From Gemmatimonadales bacterium (lineage in GTDB: Bacteria; Gemmatimonadota; Gemmatimonadetes; Gemmatimonadales; GWC2-71-9), in contig DATDEZ010000014.1 of assembly GCA_036522875.1 (NCBI GenBank), positions 48,050 through 112,049 on the forward strand: 64,000 nt of DNA, given 5' to 3'. Made by a program: the position numbers and the translations under genes. The first letter of the stretch is position 1, and the number at the start of each line of letters is the position of its first letter. The notes beneath the pieces were generated by a model. That model did no database searches. It was not told the origin of the DNA and worked only from the letters and a program-made list of their open reading frames with translations. Positions 10,009 through 20,365 of the stretch are shown piece after piece.

Positions 10009-10038
10009 AAGATAGTGTTCGGCCGCCGTTGCTGTCAA
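10009..10038 (-). promoter_or_regulatory. candidate sigma70-type promoter for the 529-aa TPR gene
   Basis: On the minus strand, TTGACA (10038-10033), an 18-nt spacer, then TATCTT (10014-10009), about 28 nt upstream of the GTG at 9981. The -10 matches only 4 of 6 positions. Confidence 0.3.
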
Positions 10039-10130
10039 ATGACCCGGACGTCTGTGCGGTTGAGTTTGTCCGTTGCGGCGTTTAGACTTATGCCCCTTCA
10101 CCCCCTCCTCGAATCGGAGTTTAGCGTCAC

Positions 10131-11957
10131 ATGCTGCGCACCATGCGCGCCAACGCGAAGTGGGTCTTCTACATCCTCGCGATCGCCTTCGTGGTATGGC
10201 TCGCGGTCGGACAAGTGATGAGCATCCTCGGCCCCAGCGGCAACGTGGTGCTCCGCGTCAATCGCAAAGAGTATCAGGTCACCGAATACCAGCAGCGGCT
10301 CCAGCTCGCCTACGATCAATACCGCCAACAGAACGGCAACGCGCAGCTGACGCGCGAAGACGAGCAACAGATCCAGGATCAGGTCATCAACCAGCTGATT
10401 CAGGACGCCCTGCTGCAACAGGAATACCGGCGGCTGGGTATCCGCGTGAGCGATGCGGAGGTCATCGAGGCGGCGCGCACGTCGCCGCCGCCCGAGGTGA
10501 TGCGCGATCCGCAGTTTCAGACCGACAGCCAGTTCGACATCCGGAAGTGGCAGCAGTTCATCTCGACGACGTCGGACCGGAACGTGCTCGCGCAGATCGA
10601 GGCGATGTATCGCGATCAGATCCCGCGGATCAAGTTCGCGCAATACCTCACGAGCGACGTCTACATTTCCGACGCGAAGCTCTGGCGCATTTACAAGGAC
10701 CAGCACGACTCCGTGAAGATCGCGGTGCTGCCGATCTGGCCGTACCAGATCACCGACACGATGCCGGTCAGCAACGCCGACCTGTCCGCCTACCTCACGA
10801 AGCATCCCGATGAATTCAAGCGGCCCGCGATCGCGTACGTGCGCTTCGTCGCCGTGCCGCGCCTCCCCGACGCCGCCGACACCGCGGCCGCGAAGGCGCA
10901 TGTCGCGCGGGTGCGCGCCGAGCTTGCGCGCGGCGCGAAGTTCGAGGACGTCGCCAAGCGCGAGTCGAGTGACTCCGTCAGCGGCCAGCGTGGCGGCGAG
11001 ATCGGCTGGATCAAGCGCAACGAGCCGAACTTCGATCCGCGATTCCTCAAAGGGCTCCAGGGACTCAAGCCTGGCCAGGTGTCAGCGCCGGTCGAGTCGG
11101 ACTTCGGGTACCACGTGATCCGCGTCGACCAGGAGAAGGGCGACTCGCTCAAGGTCCGGCACATTCTCATCCCGATCGAGCTCCAGGGCGCGCATCGCGA
11201 TCACGTCGAGGCGCGCGCCGACACGCTCGAGCGCATGGCCGCGGAACGCTCGGACCCGACCATTCTCGACACAGTGGCGCACAAGCTCGGCCTGCAGGTC
11301 TCGCCGAGCTATGCCGTGATCCAGGGCGATCGCTTCAACCTCGGGAAATACGTCATCCCCGACGTCAGCGTCTGGGCATTCGAGACGCCCGTGGGCGAGA
11401 CGAGCCCCGTCATCGAAGGACAACCGGCCTACTACATCTTCCAGCTCGATTCGGTCAGCGACGCCGGCGTACCGCCGCTGAATCAGATTCGCCCACGCGT
11501 GACCGCGGCGGTGCGGCTCGAGCGCCAGAAAGTGACGGCGGCGCATCGCGCCGACTCGCTCGCCACCGCGCTGCGCGACACGCCGAACCTGGTCGCCGCC
11601 GCGGCAGCGCACGGCCTCAAGGCCGATCAGCTCGGGCCCTTCACGCGGCTTCGTCCGCCATCGTACCTCGGCCGCGAGCCGGAGATCATCGGGACGGCGT
11701 TCGGACTGCAGGTCGGGGAGCGCAGCGGCGTCGTGAAAGGCGAGAACGGCGCGTTCATCATCGAGTCATTGGGGCGCAAGCTCGCCGACTCGACGGCGTG
11801 GCTCGCGCAGCGTGATCAGCAACGGACGCAGCTGCGGCAGGCGATCCAGCAGGCGCGGATCCAGCAGTATATGGAAGGGGTGCGGGCGCAGGCCAAGATC
11901 GTCGACCGGCGGAAGGACATCTTCAAGGCCCAGCCGGCGCCTGAGACCTCGCTCTAG
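10131..11957 (+). CDS. periplasmic chaperone / peptidyl-prolyl isomerase (PpiD/SurA-like, parvulin domain)
   Basis: 608 aa. N-terminal TM anchor (WVFYILAIAFVVWLAV) and a parvulin core (GGEIGWIKR...FGYHVIRV). One of only two plus-strand genes. Confidence 0.8.
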   Translation: MLRTMRANAKWVFYILAIAFVVWLAVGQVMSILGPSGNVVLRVNRKEYQVTEYQQRLQLAYDQYRQQNGNAQLTREDEQQIQDQVINQLIQDALLQQEYRRLGIRVSDAEVIEAARTSPPPEVMRDPQFQTDSQFDIRKWQQFISTTSDRNVLAQIEAMYRDQIPRIKFAQYLTSDVYISDAKLWRIYKDQHDSVKIAVLPIWPYQITDTMPVSNADLSAYLTKHPDEFKRPAIAYVRFVAVPRLPDAADTAAAKAHVARVRAELARGAKFEDVAKRESSDSVSGQRGGEIGWIKRNEPNFDPRFLKGLQGLKPGQVSAPVESDFGYHVIRVDQEKGDSLKVRHILIPIELQGAHRDHVEARADTLERMAAERSDPTILDTVAHKLGLQVSPSYAVIQGDRFNLGKYVIPDVSVWAFETPVGETSPVIEGQPAYYIFQLDSVSDAGVPPLNQIRPRVTAAVRLERQKVTAAHRADSLATALRDTPNLVAAAAAHGLKADQLGPFTRLRPPSYLGREPEIIGTAFGLQVGERSGVVKGENGAFIIESLGRKLADSTAWLAQRDQQRTQLRQAIQQARIQQYMEGVRAQAKIVDRRKDIFKAQPAPETSL

Positions 11958-11959
11958 CG

Positions 11960-12178
11960 CTACTCGACCAGCCGTTTCGGTTTGGCGTCTCTCGGCGGCT
12001 CCTCTTCCTTGGAGGGGAGCCGCTGAATGCTATTCTCGGCCTCCGACAAGGCGCGCTTGAACTCGCGCAGCCCCTTCCCGACCGCCTTGCCCGCATCCGG
12101 TAACCGATTGGCGCCGAAGACCAGCAAGATGATCAACATCAGGATGAGGATTTCGCTGCCACTCAGATTGCCAAGCAT
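11960..12178 (-). CDS. tatA: twin-arginine translocase subunit TatA/E
   Basis: 72 aa. ILILMLIILLVFGANRLPDAGKAVGKGLREFKRAL is the canonical TatA TM, hinge and amphipathic helix. Confidence 0.85.
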   Translation of the reverse strand: MLGNLSGSEILILMLIILLVFGANRLPDAGKAVGKGLREFKRALSEAENSIQRLPSKEEEPPRDAKPKRLVE

Positions 12179-12193
12179 ACGACTCAGCGCCTC

Positions 12194-12466
12194 TTAGAAC
12201 AATGATCGCGCGACGAGGTAGGCGACCACCACACCGAACACGGCCAGCAGCGACACGTCCAGACCGATGGGACCGAGCGTGATCGACATGACGAGCAGGT
12301 CCATGTGGATCGGTCCGAGCGTCGGCGTGACGGACCAGGTGAACACTTCTTTCGCGGGTCCCTGCGGGAGGAACCGCCGCAGGAACGCCTGCAGCAGCCC
12401 GCCGAACACAAACCCGACCGCCAGAACGCCGAGATAGAAGCCGGGACGACGAGGACCGTGAGGCAC
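12194..12466 (-). CDS. small integral membrane protein (DUF4321-like)
   Basis: 90 aa with two hydrophobic segments. The pattern resembles the DUF4321 family as I remember it. No database check was possible. Confidence 0.45.
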   Translation of the reverse strand: MPHGPRRPGFYLGVLAVGFVFGGLLQAFLRRFLPQGPAKEVFTWSVTPTLGPIHMDLLVMSITLGPIGLDVSLLAVFGVVVAYLVARSLF

Positions 12467-12467
12467 G

Positions 12468-13457
12468 TCAACTCCGCCGTTCCACGGCGTACGCGATGCT
12501 GCTCTGCAGCGCGTCGCGCGCCGGCGACGGCGGCAGCACGTCGAGCTCGGCTTCCGCTTGTTGCGCGAGATCGAGCGCGCGCTGGCGCGCGGTCTCCAGC
12601 CCGCCGGCTGCCTCGACGAGCCGGATCACTTCCGCGACCAAATCGTCACCGGGCTCGGCGGCCTCCATGAGCTGGGCGACGACCCGGCGCCCTTCCGCCG
12701 GCATTCGTGCCAGCGCCGCGATCAGCGGCAACGTCACCTTGTGCTCGCGCAGGTCGAGCCCCGACGGCTTTCCGGTCACCGCTTCCGGCTCGGTGTAGTC
12801 GAGCAGGTCGTCGGTGATCTGGAACGCCATCCCAAGCAACATGCCGAAACGCCCCAGAGCCTGGCGGTGCGCGGGCGCGGCGCTCAGCGCGCCCACCTCA
12901 CACGCGCCCGACAGCAGTGATGCCGTCTTCGCCCGGATGAGCTGGTCGTAGGCGGACTCGCCGTACGCCAGTTTGTCGTGCGCCTCGAGCTGCCGCATCT
13001 CGCCGACCGTCATTTCGTTGGTCACACGCGCGAGCACGCGGAGCGCCTCGTGGTCGTCGAGCCGGACGAGCTCGATGATCGCGCGCGAATACAGGTAATC
13101 GCCCATGATCACCGCGATTTGGTGCGAGAACAGCGCGTTGATCGTGGGCAGGCCGCGCCGCAGAACCGAATGGTCGACGGAATCATCGTGGACCAGCGTC
13201 GCGAGATGAATGAGCTCGACCACCGCCGCCAGCGTCACGGCGCGCGTGTCGGCGGAGCCGCCCGCCTGGTGACTGAGCAGCAGCAGCGTGGGGCGGAACA
13301 GCTTGCCCTTCATCTGCAGCAGATGGTCGTTGACCTCGCTGACGATCGGGAAGTCGGCGGCGATGATCCGCCGCAGCTCTTCCACGACCTGGTCCAGCTC
13401 GGCAGCCACCGGCCGCTGCACGTCGCGGAGGGTGATGCGGACGGCTTGTTGACTCAC
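12468..13457 (-). CDS. all-trans polyprenyl diphosphate synthase (IspB/HepT-like)
   Basis: First and second Asp-rich motifs LVHDDSVD and FQITDDLLD. The GTG at 13457 lies 1 nt after the upstream TAA. The track ORF (to 13955) is over-extended through the upstream gene in another frame. Confidence 0.85.
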   Translation of the reverse strand: MSQQAVRITLRDVQRPVAAELDQVVEELRRIIAADFPIVSEVNDHLLQMKGKLFRPTLLLLSHQAGGSADTRAVTLAAVVELIHLATLVHDDSVDHSVLRRGLPTINALFSHQIAVIMGDYLYSRAIIELVRLDDHEALRVLARVTNEMTVGEMRQLEAHDKLAYGESAYDQLIRAKTASLLSGACEVGALSAAPAHRQALGRFGMLLGMAFQITDDLLDYTEPEAVTGKPSGLDLREHKVTLPLIAALARMPAEGRRVVAQLMEAAEPGDDLVAEVIRLVEAAGGLETARQRALDLAQQAEAELDVLPPSPARDALQSSIAYAVERRS

Positions 13458-13458
13458 G

Positions 13459-15942
13459 TTATTTGGCCTTGGCCAGTGCTTTGACGCGCTGTTCGGCGTC
13501 GAGGAAGCGAATGTCCACGGCGAACACACGGCCGTAGAGGTCGCGGGCATCGGCCTTCTTACCCTGCTGCTCGAGCGCGCGTCCCAGCCAGTACAGAACG
13601 CCGAGCCGCTCCTGGTCGCCGGACGCCGGCAGATCGAGACCGCGGCGCAGGATGGATTCGGCGACGCCGAACGCGCCCTTCTCGAAGAAGCAGACGCCCA
13701 ACATTTCCGAGGTCCGCAGCTTGCCCTCCGGCGCGCGCAACGCTTTCTGCAGCTCCGCGATCGCCTCATCGAGCAGGCCCATCTCCTTGAACGCGACGCC
13801 GAGATCGTAGTGCGACTGGAAATCGGTCTCGTCGATGTTCTCGTCGATCCCCTGCTTGAACCGGGCGAGCATGTCCTGGAAATCCTGCTCCTCGTCGCCG
13901 GTCGGCTCCTCATCCTGCACCCGCAGCCGCGTGTCCTTCTGCGGTGTGTCGTCATCGTCTTCCGTCAGCATCGAGCCGAGGTCGATGAAGTCTCCGTCGA
14001 CGGCGGCCTCGTCGCGGACTTTCATCTTCGCGTCTTTGGCCTTGACCTTGCCTTCGGGCTTGCCGCTCGCCGCGGGCGTCGACGCGATCGCGGGCGCGAG
14101 CATCGAGAGCGCGGCCTTGGCGCGCTCGTTCTTCGGATCGTGCTCGGCCACGCGCGCGTAGACCGCGCGCGCCTTCTCCGGCAGGTCCGAGCGCAGCAGC
14201 GCGTCGGCGAGCTCCAGATAGGCGTCGATCAGCCGTCCTTTGTCCCCGGCCTTGAACGCGTACTCGACGGCCTTCTGGCGGTGTCGCACGCTGTTGGGAT
14301 CGAGCCGCAGGACCTCGTCGACGAGGTCGCGCGCCTGATCGAGGTCGCCGGCGTTCTCGAAACCGGCCGTTGCAAGATCGAGCTCCTCGATGCCGCGCTC
14401 GCGGTCGCCCTGCTCCACCAGCGCCTCGCCGAGTGATTGATGCGCCTCGGGGTCGTCGGGGTTGTCGGCGACGCGGGACTCGAGCTCCTCGATCGCCGGG
14501 GCGGACGGCGTCTCCTCGATGTTGGAGAACACGAGCGAGCCGGCCTGATCGCCCGAGCTGTTGATCTCGTCGATCCCCAGGTCGATGAATCCCGACTTGC
14601 GGCCCGGAGTGATGGACGTCTCTTCTTCGGTCTGGATGAAGCTCGGGTGCTTCGTCGGCTCGTCCAGCGTCAGCGGCTCGTCGTCGACGTCGTGGCCGAC
14701 GTCGGTCGTCGCAGCTTCGAAATCGGGTTCGAGCTCGAGGGGCGGCACCTCGACGACGGTCTTCCGCTTCCCGGGTCCTGCGGCCGGAGCAGCGGGAGCC
14801 GCCGGCGCCGAGGGTCGCTTGGGAACGACGGGCTTCACGCGCGGCGGCTCGGGAGCCGGCGCCGGGGCCTTGCCCTTGAAGGCAGGCGCCTTCTTCGGCG
14901 GCGGCGGTGGTGCCTTCGGCGGTTCGGTGATGTTGCCTTCGAGCACGAGATCGGCATCGTCGAGCTCAGGCAACGGATCCACGGCGACCCGTTCCGGCTC
15001 GTCGGTCACGGTGGGCTCGAGCTCGGCCATCGTCTCGAGCTCGAGATCCTCCGGTCGCACTTCGTCGCGAATCGACGGCGCCTTCGCGCTGCTGGACGCA
15101 ACCTCGCTGAAGTCGGCCGACGTGGTCTCGAGTCCTTCGAGCATCCCACCGCCGCCGCCCGCGGGCTCCTCATCCACCAGGCTCGTGGACTCGATCTCGA
15201 GCGACTCGTCGGGCTCGGGCACGACTTCCTGCACGAGCTTCTCCGCCACGGGCGGCGGCGCCGGCTGCGGGGCGGGAGCGGCCGCGGGAGCCTTGGCACC
15301 CTTGGACTGCCGCGGCGCGTCGAGGTCCAGGAAAACGAGACTCGACGTCTTCCGTTTGCCGGACTTGCCGAGATCGTCCTCTTTTCCGGCTTGCGGGGGC
15401 GGCTTCGGTGCCGCCGTGCTAGCGCGCGCGGAGGACGGCCGGCCCGCCGGAGCATTGCCGTACATCTTGAGATGCTCCGACAGCATCTCCCTGAGATTCG
15501 CGCTCTCCGGCGAGATGTCGGTGAATTCTTTCAGCGCGGCGAACGCATGATCGATCTTGCCCGCCTTCTGCATGCGCTCGGCATATTCGACGAAGTTCTG
15601 TTTCGCCTCCGCCATGAACCCCTTGGCGGCGTAGAGCTTCGCGAGCTTCAGGTACGTCGACTGCCGCGCCGGCGCATTGCGCAGCACCTTGTTACACATC
15701 GCGATGGCGTTGTTGTGGAAGCCGAGCTCGGCGTATTTGTCGACCGCCTGGTCGTAATAGTCCGCCGCCAGACCGGGGTCCTTGAGCTTGATGTAGAGAT
15801 CGCCGATGCGGTTGTACATGGAGAGGTCAGGATCGCCGTCATCCTGGCTCTGCAACGCTTCCAGCCAGATCTCTACGGCCTTCTTGGGATCCTTGGCCTC
15901 GAGACCCTTCGCCTTCTCCTTGAGCTGCTCAAGCTTGGACAT
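13459..15942 (-). CDS. large TPR-repeat protein with ~450-aa acidic/proline-rich disordered centre
   Basis: 827 aa. TPR units at the N-terminus (YNRIGDLYIKLKDPGLAADYYDQAVDKYAELG...) and at the C-terminus (HYDLGVAFKEMGLLDEAIAELQKAL...). The centre is rich in P/A/E/D. Confidence 0.7.
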   Translation of the reverse strand: MSKLEQLKEKAKGLEAKDPKKAVEIWLEALQSQDDGDPDLSMYNRIGDLYIKLKDPGLAADYYDQAVDKYAELGFHNNAIAMCNKVLRNAPARQSTYLKLAKLYAAKGFMAEAKQNFVEYAERMQKAGKIDHAFAALKEFTDISPESANLREMLSEHLKMYGNAPAGRPSSARASTAAPKPPPQAGKEDDLGKSGKRKTSSLVFLDLDAPRQSKGAKAPAAAPAPQPAPPPVAEKLVQEVVPEPDESLEIESTSLVDEEPAGGGGGMLEGLETTSADFSEVASSSAKAPSIRDEVRPEDLELETMAELEPTVTDEPERVAVDPLPELDDADLVLEGNITEPPKAPPPPPKKAPAFKGKAPAPAPEPPRVKPVVPKRPSAPAAPAAPAAGPGKRKTVVEVPPLELEPDFEAATTDVGHDVDDEPLTLDEPTKHPSFIQTEEETSITPGRKSGFIDLGIDEINSSGDQAGSLVFSNIEETPSAPAIEELESRVADNPDDPEAHQSLGEALVEQGDRERGIEELDLATAGFENAGDLDQARDLVDEVLRLDPNSVRHRQKAVEYAFKAGDKGRLIDAYLELADALLRSDLPEKARAVYARVAEHDPKNERAKAALSMLAPAIASTPAASGKPEGKVKAKDAKMKVRDEAAVDGDFIDLGSMLTEDDDDTPQKDTRLRVQDEEPTGDEEQDFQDMLARFKQGIDENIDETDFQSHYDLGVAFKEMGLLDEAIAELQKALRAPEGKLRTSEMLGVCFFEKGAFGVAESILRRGLDLPASGDQERLGVLYWLGRALEQQGKKADARDLYGRVFAVDIRFLDAEQRVKALAKAK

Positions 15943-15949
15943 GGAAGAA

Positions 15950-17122
15950 CTAAGATAGAGGGGCTGTCCGGGCCGGACAAGCCGAACCTGCTGTCCAGAC
16001 GGCGCTTACGACCTCCCCACCCATCCAGTACGCAATCTCCCGCCAGTCATCCACGCACGCGATTACCAGATCCGCGACCGCTCCCGGAACGATTTGGCCG
16101 CGGTCGGCAGCAAGTCCGAGGGCCGCCGCGGCATTGATCGTCACCGCCGTCACAACCTCGGCGTGACGCAGGCCAAGTTGCGAGACCCCGAACGCCATGA
16201 CGAGCGGGAGGCTCATGGTCGGCGACGTCCCGGGGTTGTAATCGGTGGCCAGGGCGACGGCCGCGCCCGCGTCGATCAACTTCCGGGCTGGTGCCTGCGC
16301 GCGCTTGCCCAGGAAGAGCATCGTCGCGGGCAGTAGGACCGCGACCGTCGCACTCCCCGCCAGGGCGCGAATGCCGCCGTCCGAAATCGCCGCCAGATGA
16401 TCGGCCGACAGCGCGCCGAGCTCGGCCGCCAGCTCGGCCCCGCCCGCGCCATCGAGCTCGTCGGCGTGGAGCTTGATCGCGAGTCCGTGCTGCTTCGCGG
16501 CCGCCAGGATCCGCCGTGTCTCTGTGGCGCTGAAAACCCCGGGCTCACAAAAGACATCGCACGCGCGCGCGAGCCGCTCGCGCGCGACCGCGGGAATCAT
16601 CTCGTGACAGACGAGATCGACGTACGCGTCACGCTTGCCGCGATACTCGGGCGGGACTTCGTGGGCGCCCAGGAACGTGGGAATGAGCGTGGCGGGCAGT
16701 TCATCGGCCAGCGCGCGGATGACGCGCAGCTGCTTGAGCTCGGCCTCGAGCTCCAGGCCGTAGCCGGACTTCACCTCGATCGTCGTCGCGCCATGAGCAA
16801 TGAGCGCCTCGAGCCGCACGCGCGTCACGCGTACGAGCTCGGCCTCACTGCGGGCGCGCAGATCGCGGACCGACTGCAGAATCCCGCCGCCCGCCGCGGC
16901 GATCGCCTTGTAATCGACGCCGAGGGCACGCCGCTCCTGATCGTCGAGCCGCGGGGCACCGAAGACCCCGTGCGTGTGGCAGTCGATGAAGCCGGGAAAG
17001 ATGACGCCGCTGACTTCTGCGATGCGGTCCGCGGCGGGAGCATCGCCGCGCGGACCGACCCACGCGACCCGCGTGTCGTCGATCAGCACGGCCGCGTCGC
17101 GCAGGACCTCGAGCTCCGCCAT
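15950..17122 (-). CDS. hutI: imidazolonepropionase
   Basis: 390 aa. Amidohydrolase metal site FIDCHTH, KLHADE, ATDYNPG. Confidence 0.92.
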   Translation of the reverse strand: MAELEVLRDAAVLIDDTRVAWVGPRGDAPAADRIAEVSGVIFPGFIDCHTHGVFGAPRLDDQERRALGVDYKAIAAAGGGILQSVRDLRARSEAELVRVTRVRLEALIAHGATTIEVKSGYGLELEAELKQLRVIRALADELPATLIPTFLGAHEVPPEYRGKRDAYVDLVCHEMIPAVARERLARACDVFCEPGVFSATETRRILAAAKQHGLAIKLHADELDGAGGAELAAELGALSADHLAAISDGGIRALAGSATVAVLLPATMLFLGKRAQAPARKLIDAGAAVALATDYNPGTSPTMSLPLVMAFGVSQLGLRHAEVVTAVTINAAAALGLAADRGQIVPGAVADLVIACVDDWREIAYWMGGEVVSAVWTAGSACPARTAPLS

Positions 17123-17193
17123 CTCGCGCCCGCGTCGCGCTCGTGCCGGCCCGCGACACGTGACGACCTGGCGCGCGCCCGTGAGGAGCGTCT

Positions 17194-18843
17194 TCAGTCG
17201 TCCGCCCCCTCACGCATGGGTAGGCGAATGTGATGGCGTTCCGCCGTGGCGATGGCTTCGGGATATCCCGCGTCGGCGTGGCGCGCGACGCCGATGCCCG
17301 GATCATTGGTGAGCACGCGTTCGAGACGGCGGGCCGCCGCGTCGGTACCGTCGGCGACGATCACCTGTCCCGCATGCAGCGAGTTCCCGATTCCGACGCC
17401 CCCGCCGTGGTGGAACGACACCCACGACGCGCCCGATGCCGTGTTGAGCAGCGCGTTGAGGATCGCCCAATCGGCGATGGCATCGGACCCGTCGCGCATC
17501 GCTTCGGTTTCGCGGAACGGCGAGGCCACCGACCCGGTGTCGAGATGGTCGCGACCGATCACGATCGGCGCCGAGAGCTCGCCACGGCGCACGAGGTCGT
17601 TCAAGGCGAGGCCGAAGCGCGCGCGCTCACCCTGCCCGAGCCAACAGATCCGCGCCGGCAGTCCCTGAAAGGCGACGCGTTCCTGCGCCATCGTGATCCA
17701 GCGCTTGAGGTGCGCGTTGTCCGGAAACAGCTCCAGCACCAGCGCGTCCGTGCGGTGCAAGTCATGCACGTCACCCGACAGGGCGACCCAGCGAAACGGC
17801 CCCTTCCCTTCGCAAAACAGCGGCCGGATGTACTCGGGCACGAAACCGGGAATGGTAAAGGCATCGGTCACGCCGGCGTCGCGCGCCTCGGTCCGGATGT
17901 TGTTGCCGTAGTCGAATGCGACCGCGCCGCGCTGTTGCAGCGCGAGCATGGCGCGGACGTGCGCCGCGATGCTGGCCCGCGCGCGAGCGATGTAGTCGTT
18001 CGTATTCGCGCGCCGCAGCTGGGTCGCGGCATCCAGAGTCAGCCCGGCCGGGACATAGCCATTCAAGGGATCGTGTGCGGACGTCTGATCGGTGACGACG
18101 TCCGGAACAAATCCGCGCGCCACCAGTGCAGGGAGAACCTCGGCGCAATTGCCAACCAGTCCGATCGACAACGGCGCGCCGCGCCGCTTCGCGTCTTCGC
18201 ACCAGCCGAGCGCTTCGTCGATCGAGGTAGTCGCGCGGTCGAGATAGCGGGTCGCGAGCCGCCGCTCGACCCGCATGGGATCGACCTCGACCGCGAGACA
18301 GATGCCGTCGTTCATCGTCGCGGCGAGCGGCTGCGCGCCTCCCATCCCGCCAAGCCCGCCGGTGAGGACGATCCGACCGCGAAGCGACCCGCCGAACCGC
18401 ATGGTCGCGACGGCGCCGAACGTCTCGAACGTGCCCTGCAAGATTCCCTGCGTGCCGATGTAGATCCACGAGCCCGCCGTCATCTGACCGTACATGATCA
18501 GCCCACGCCGCTCGAGATCCCGGAAGACTTCCCACGTGGCAAAGCGACCGACGAGGTTCGCATTCGCGATCAGGACACGGGGCGCGTCGGCATGCGTGGT
18601 GAAGACGCCGACCGGCTTGCCCGATTGCACGAGCAGCGTCTCGTCGTCGCCGAGTGTCTTGAGGGTGCGGCAGATCGCGTCGAAGGAGGCCCAGTCACGC
18701 GCGGCCTTGCCGGTGCCGCCATACACCACGAGATCGTCGGGCCGCTCCGCGACGTCCGGATCCAGATTGTTCATCAGCATCCGCAGCGCCGCCTCCTGGA
18801 TCCAGCCCTTGCACGACTTGGCGTTGCCGCGCGGCGCTCTCAC
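17194..18843 (-). CDS. hutU: urocanate hydratase
   Basis: [43 protein letters not shown] matches the canonical urocanase N-terminus. The GTG at 18843 overlaps the hutH stop (GTGA). The track ORF to 19485 is an over-extension. Confidence 0.93.
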   Translation of the reverse strand: MRAPRGNAKSCKGWIQEAALRMLMNNLDPDVAERPDDLVVYGGTGKAARDWASFDAICRTLKTLGDDETLLVQSGKPVGVFTTHADAPRVLIANANLVGRFATWEVFRDLERRGLIMYGQMTAGSWIYIGTQGILQGTFETFGAVATMRFGGSLRGRIVLTGGLGGMGGAQPLAATMNDGICLAVEVDPMRVERRLATRYLDRATTSIDEALGWCEDAKRRGAPLSIGLVGNCAEVLPALVARGFVPDVVTDQTSAHDPLNGYVPAGLTLDAATQLRRANTNDYIARARASIAAHVRAMLALQQRGAVAFDYGNNIRTEARDAGVTDAFTIPGFVPEYIRPLFCEGKGPFRWVALSGDVHDLHRTDALVLELFPDNAHLKRWITMAQERVAFQGLPARICWLGQGERARFGLALNDLVRRGELSAPIVIGRDHLDTGSVASPFRETEAMRDGSDAIADWAILNALLNTASGASWVSFHHGGGVGIGNSLHAGQVIVADGTDAAARRLERVLTNDPGIGVARHADAGYPEAIATAERHHIRLPMREGADD

Positions 18844-20300
18844 GAGAACTTGCCTTCGCGAATCGCGCGGGCAACACGCTCGATATCGGCCGTGAGCGGG
18901 CGATCGGCGGTGAGCGCCGCCGAATACTGGCGGACTTGAGCGTGGAGGCGGCCAACCGCCTTTGCGGGCTTGAGTGGAGCGAGATACTCGAGTCCCTGCG
19001 CCCCGGCCAGCAACTCGATCGCCACGATCCGCTCGGCATTCGCGAGAATGCGGCCCCCTTTCCAGGCCGCGCTCATCCCCATGGGGACGATGTCTTCCTG
19101 GTTGCCTTCTGTCGGCACGGACTGGACGCTCGCGGGCGTCGCGAGCACGCGACAATCCGCCACCAGTGCGGCCGCGGCGATCTGCGCGGTCATGAACCCC
19201 GATTCGAGACCGGGATCGTGCGCAAGAAACGCGGGGAGGCCCGAAGACAGATCGGGGTTCACGACGCGCTCGAGCCGCCGTTCGGCGAGTCCCGCCAGCG
19301 TCGTCAGCGCGATGCCGATCACATCGAGCGCGAGCGCGATGGGCTGGCCGTGGAAGTTGCCGCCGGAAATGATCTCGGTGCCGAAGACGAGCGGATTGTC
19401 GGTCGCCGCGTTCAGTTCCGTCGTGACGAGCTGCTCGGCGAACGCGAGGCCTTCGCCGACGGCGCCGAGCACCTGTGGGGTGCACCGCAGCGAGTACGCA
19501 TCCTGCACGCGGGGGTCGTTTTCACGATGGGACTCGCGAATCTCGCTATCGGCGAGCAGCCGGCGCAGCAGCTCGGCGGACCGTTGTTGCCACGCGTGAG
19601 GCCGCGCGTCGTGGATGCGCTGGTCGAAGGGATCGGGCGACCCGCGTACCGCCTCGAGGCTCATCGCCGCCGCGGCATGCGCCGCCCGCCACAGCGTCCA
19701 CGCGTCGTGAACGAGGAGCGCGGCGAGTCCCGTCTGCGCCTGCGTCCCGTTCACGAAGGCGAGGCCTTCTTTCGCCTCGAGCGTGACCGGGTGCGGCACC
19801 TTCACGTCGCCTTCACCGATCATCGCCAGCGCGAGATGCGACAGCGGCGCCAGGTCGCCCGACGCACCGACGCTCCCCTGCGACGGTACGGTAGGATGGA
19901 GCCGCCGGTTCAACATGTCGACCAGGAGCTCGGGAATCACGGGACGCACGCCGCTGGTCCCGCGCACGAGCACGTTCGCGCGCAGCAGCATCATCGCGCG
20001 CACCGCGTCGACCGGCAGGGGGTCACCGACGCCGGATGCGTGACTGCGAATCAGGTTGAGCTGCAGCTGTCGCGCCTGCTCGGCGGGGATGCGGACGTGC
20101 GCCAGCTTGCCGAACCCCGTGTTGACGCCGTACATCGTCTGCCCGCGCGCGACCGCGGCTTCCACCGCGTCACGCGACTGCTTCACGCCGCGCAGCGCCC
20201 CGGGATCGATCGCGACCGGCGCCTGGCCGCGCGCAACCGCGACGACATCCGCAATGGAAAGCGACCGGCCATCGAGCCTGACGGGGGTGTCGTTCGACAT
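18840..20300 (-). CDS. hutH: histidine ammonia-lyase
   Basis: 486 aa. MIO-forming [34 protein letters not shown]. Confidence 0.92.
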   Translation of the reverse strand: MSNDTPVRLDGRSLSIADVVAVARGQAPVAIDPGALRGVKQSRDAVEAAVARGQTMYGVNTGFGKLAHVRIPAEQARQLQLNLIRSHASGVGDPLPVDAVRAMMLLRANVLVRGTSGVRPVIPELLVDMLNRRLHPTVPSQGSVGASGDLAPLSHLALAMIGEGDVKVPHPVTLEAKEGLAFVNGTQAQTGLAALLVHDAWTLWRAAHAAAAMSLEAVRGSPDPFDQRIHDARPHAWQQRSAELLRRLLADSEIRESHRENDPRVQDAYSLRCTPQVLGAVGEGLAFAEQLVTTELNAATDNPLVFGTEIISGGNFHGQPIALALDVIGIALTTLAGLAERRLERVVNPDLSSGLPAFLAHDPGLESGFMTAQIAAAALVADCRVLATPASVQSVPTEGNQEDIVPMGMSAAWKGGRILANAERIVAIELLAGAQGLEYLAPLKPAKAVGRLHAQVRQYSAALTADRPLTADIERVARAIREGKFS

Positions 20301-20365
20301 GGGCCAAAAGTAAGGCGCCGGAGCGGCTACCTGCCACTCCGGCGCCTGACTGACCCTGGACGTCC

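Noticed and set aside
9986-10090. 8-nt inverted repeat TAAGTCTA ... TAGACTTA flanking ~90 nt of the divergent TPR/ppiD-like intergenic region, as a possible structured leader
   Set aside because: The arms are too short to be statistically meaningful, and I found no convincing internal helices. This is an ordinary divergent promoter region until shown otherwise.
11955-11962. Convergent ppiD-like and tatA stop codons only 2 nt apart with no terminator hairpin
   Set aside because: The spacing is real but is adequately explained by the compact genome organisation. There is nothing further to test from sequence alone.
17194-19485. Very long 5' extensions of track ORFs. Examples are the 763-aa HutU ORF, the 713-aa TolB ORF at 26637-28778, the 536-aa ORF at 59196-60806, the 556-aa ORF at 54400-56070, the 495-aa ORF at 12468-13955 and the 624-aa ORF at 30982-32856.
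   Set aside because: The extensions run through the upstream gene in another frame and are Arg/Pro/Gly-rich nonsense. In each case a start codon sits exactly at the upstream stop (ATGA/GTGA) and yields a protein of canonical length with a canonical N-terminus.
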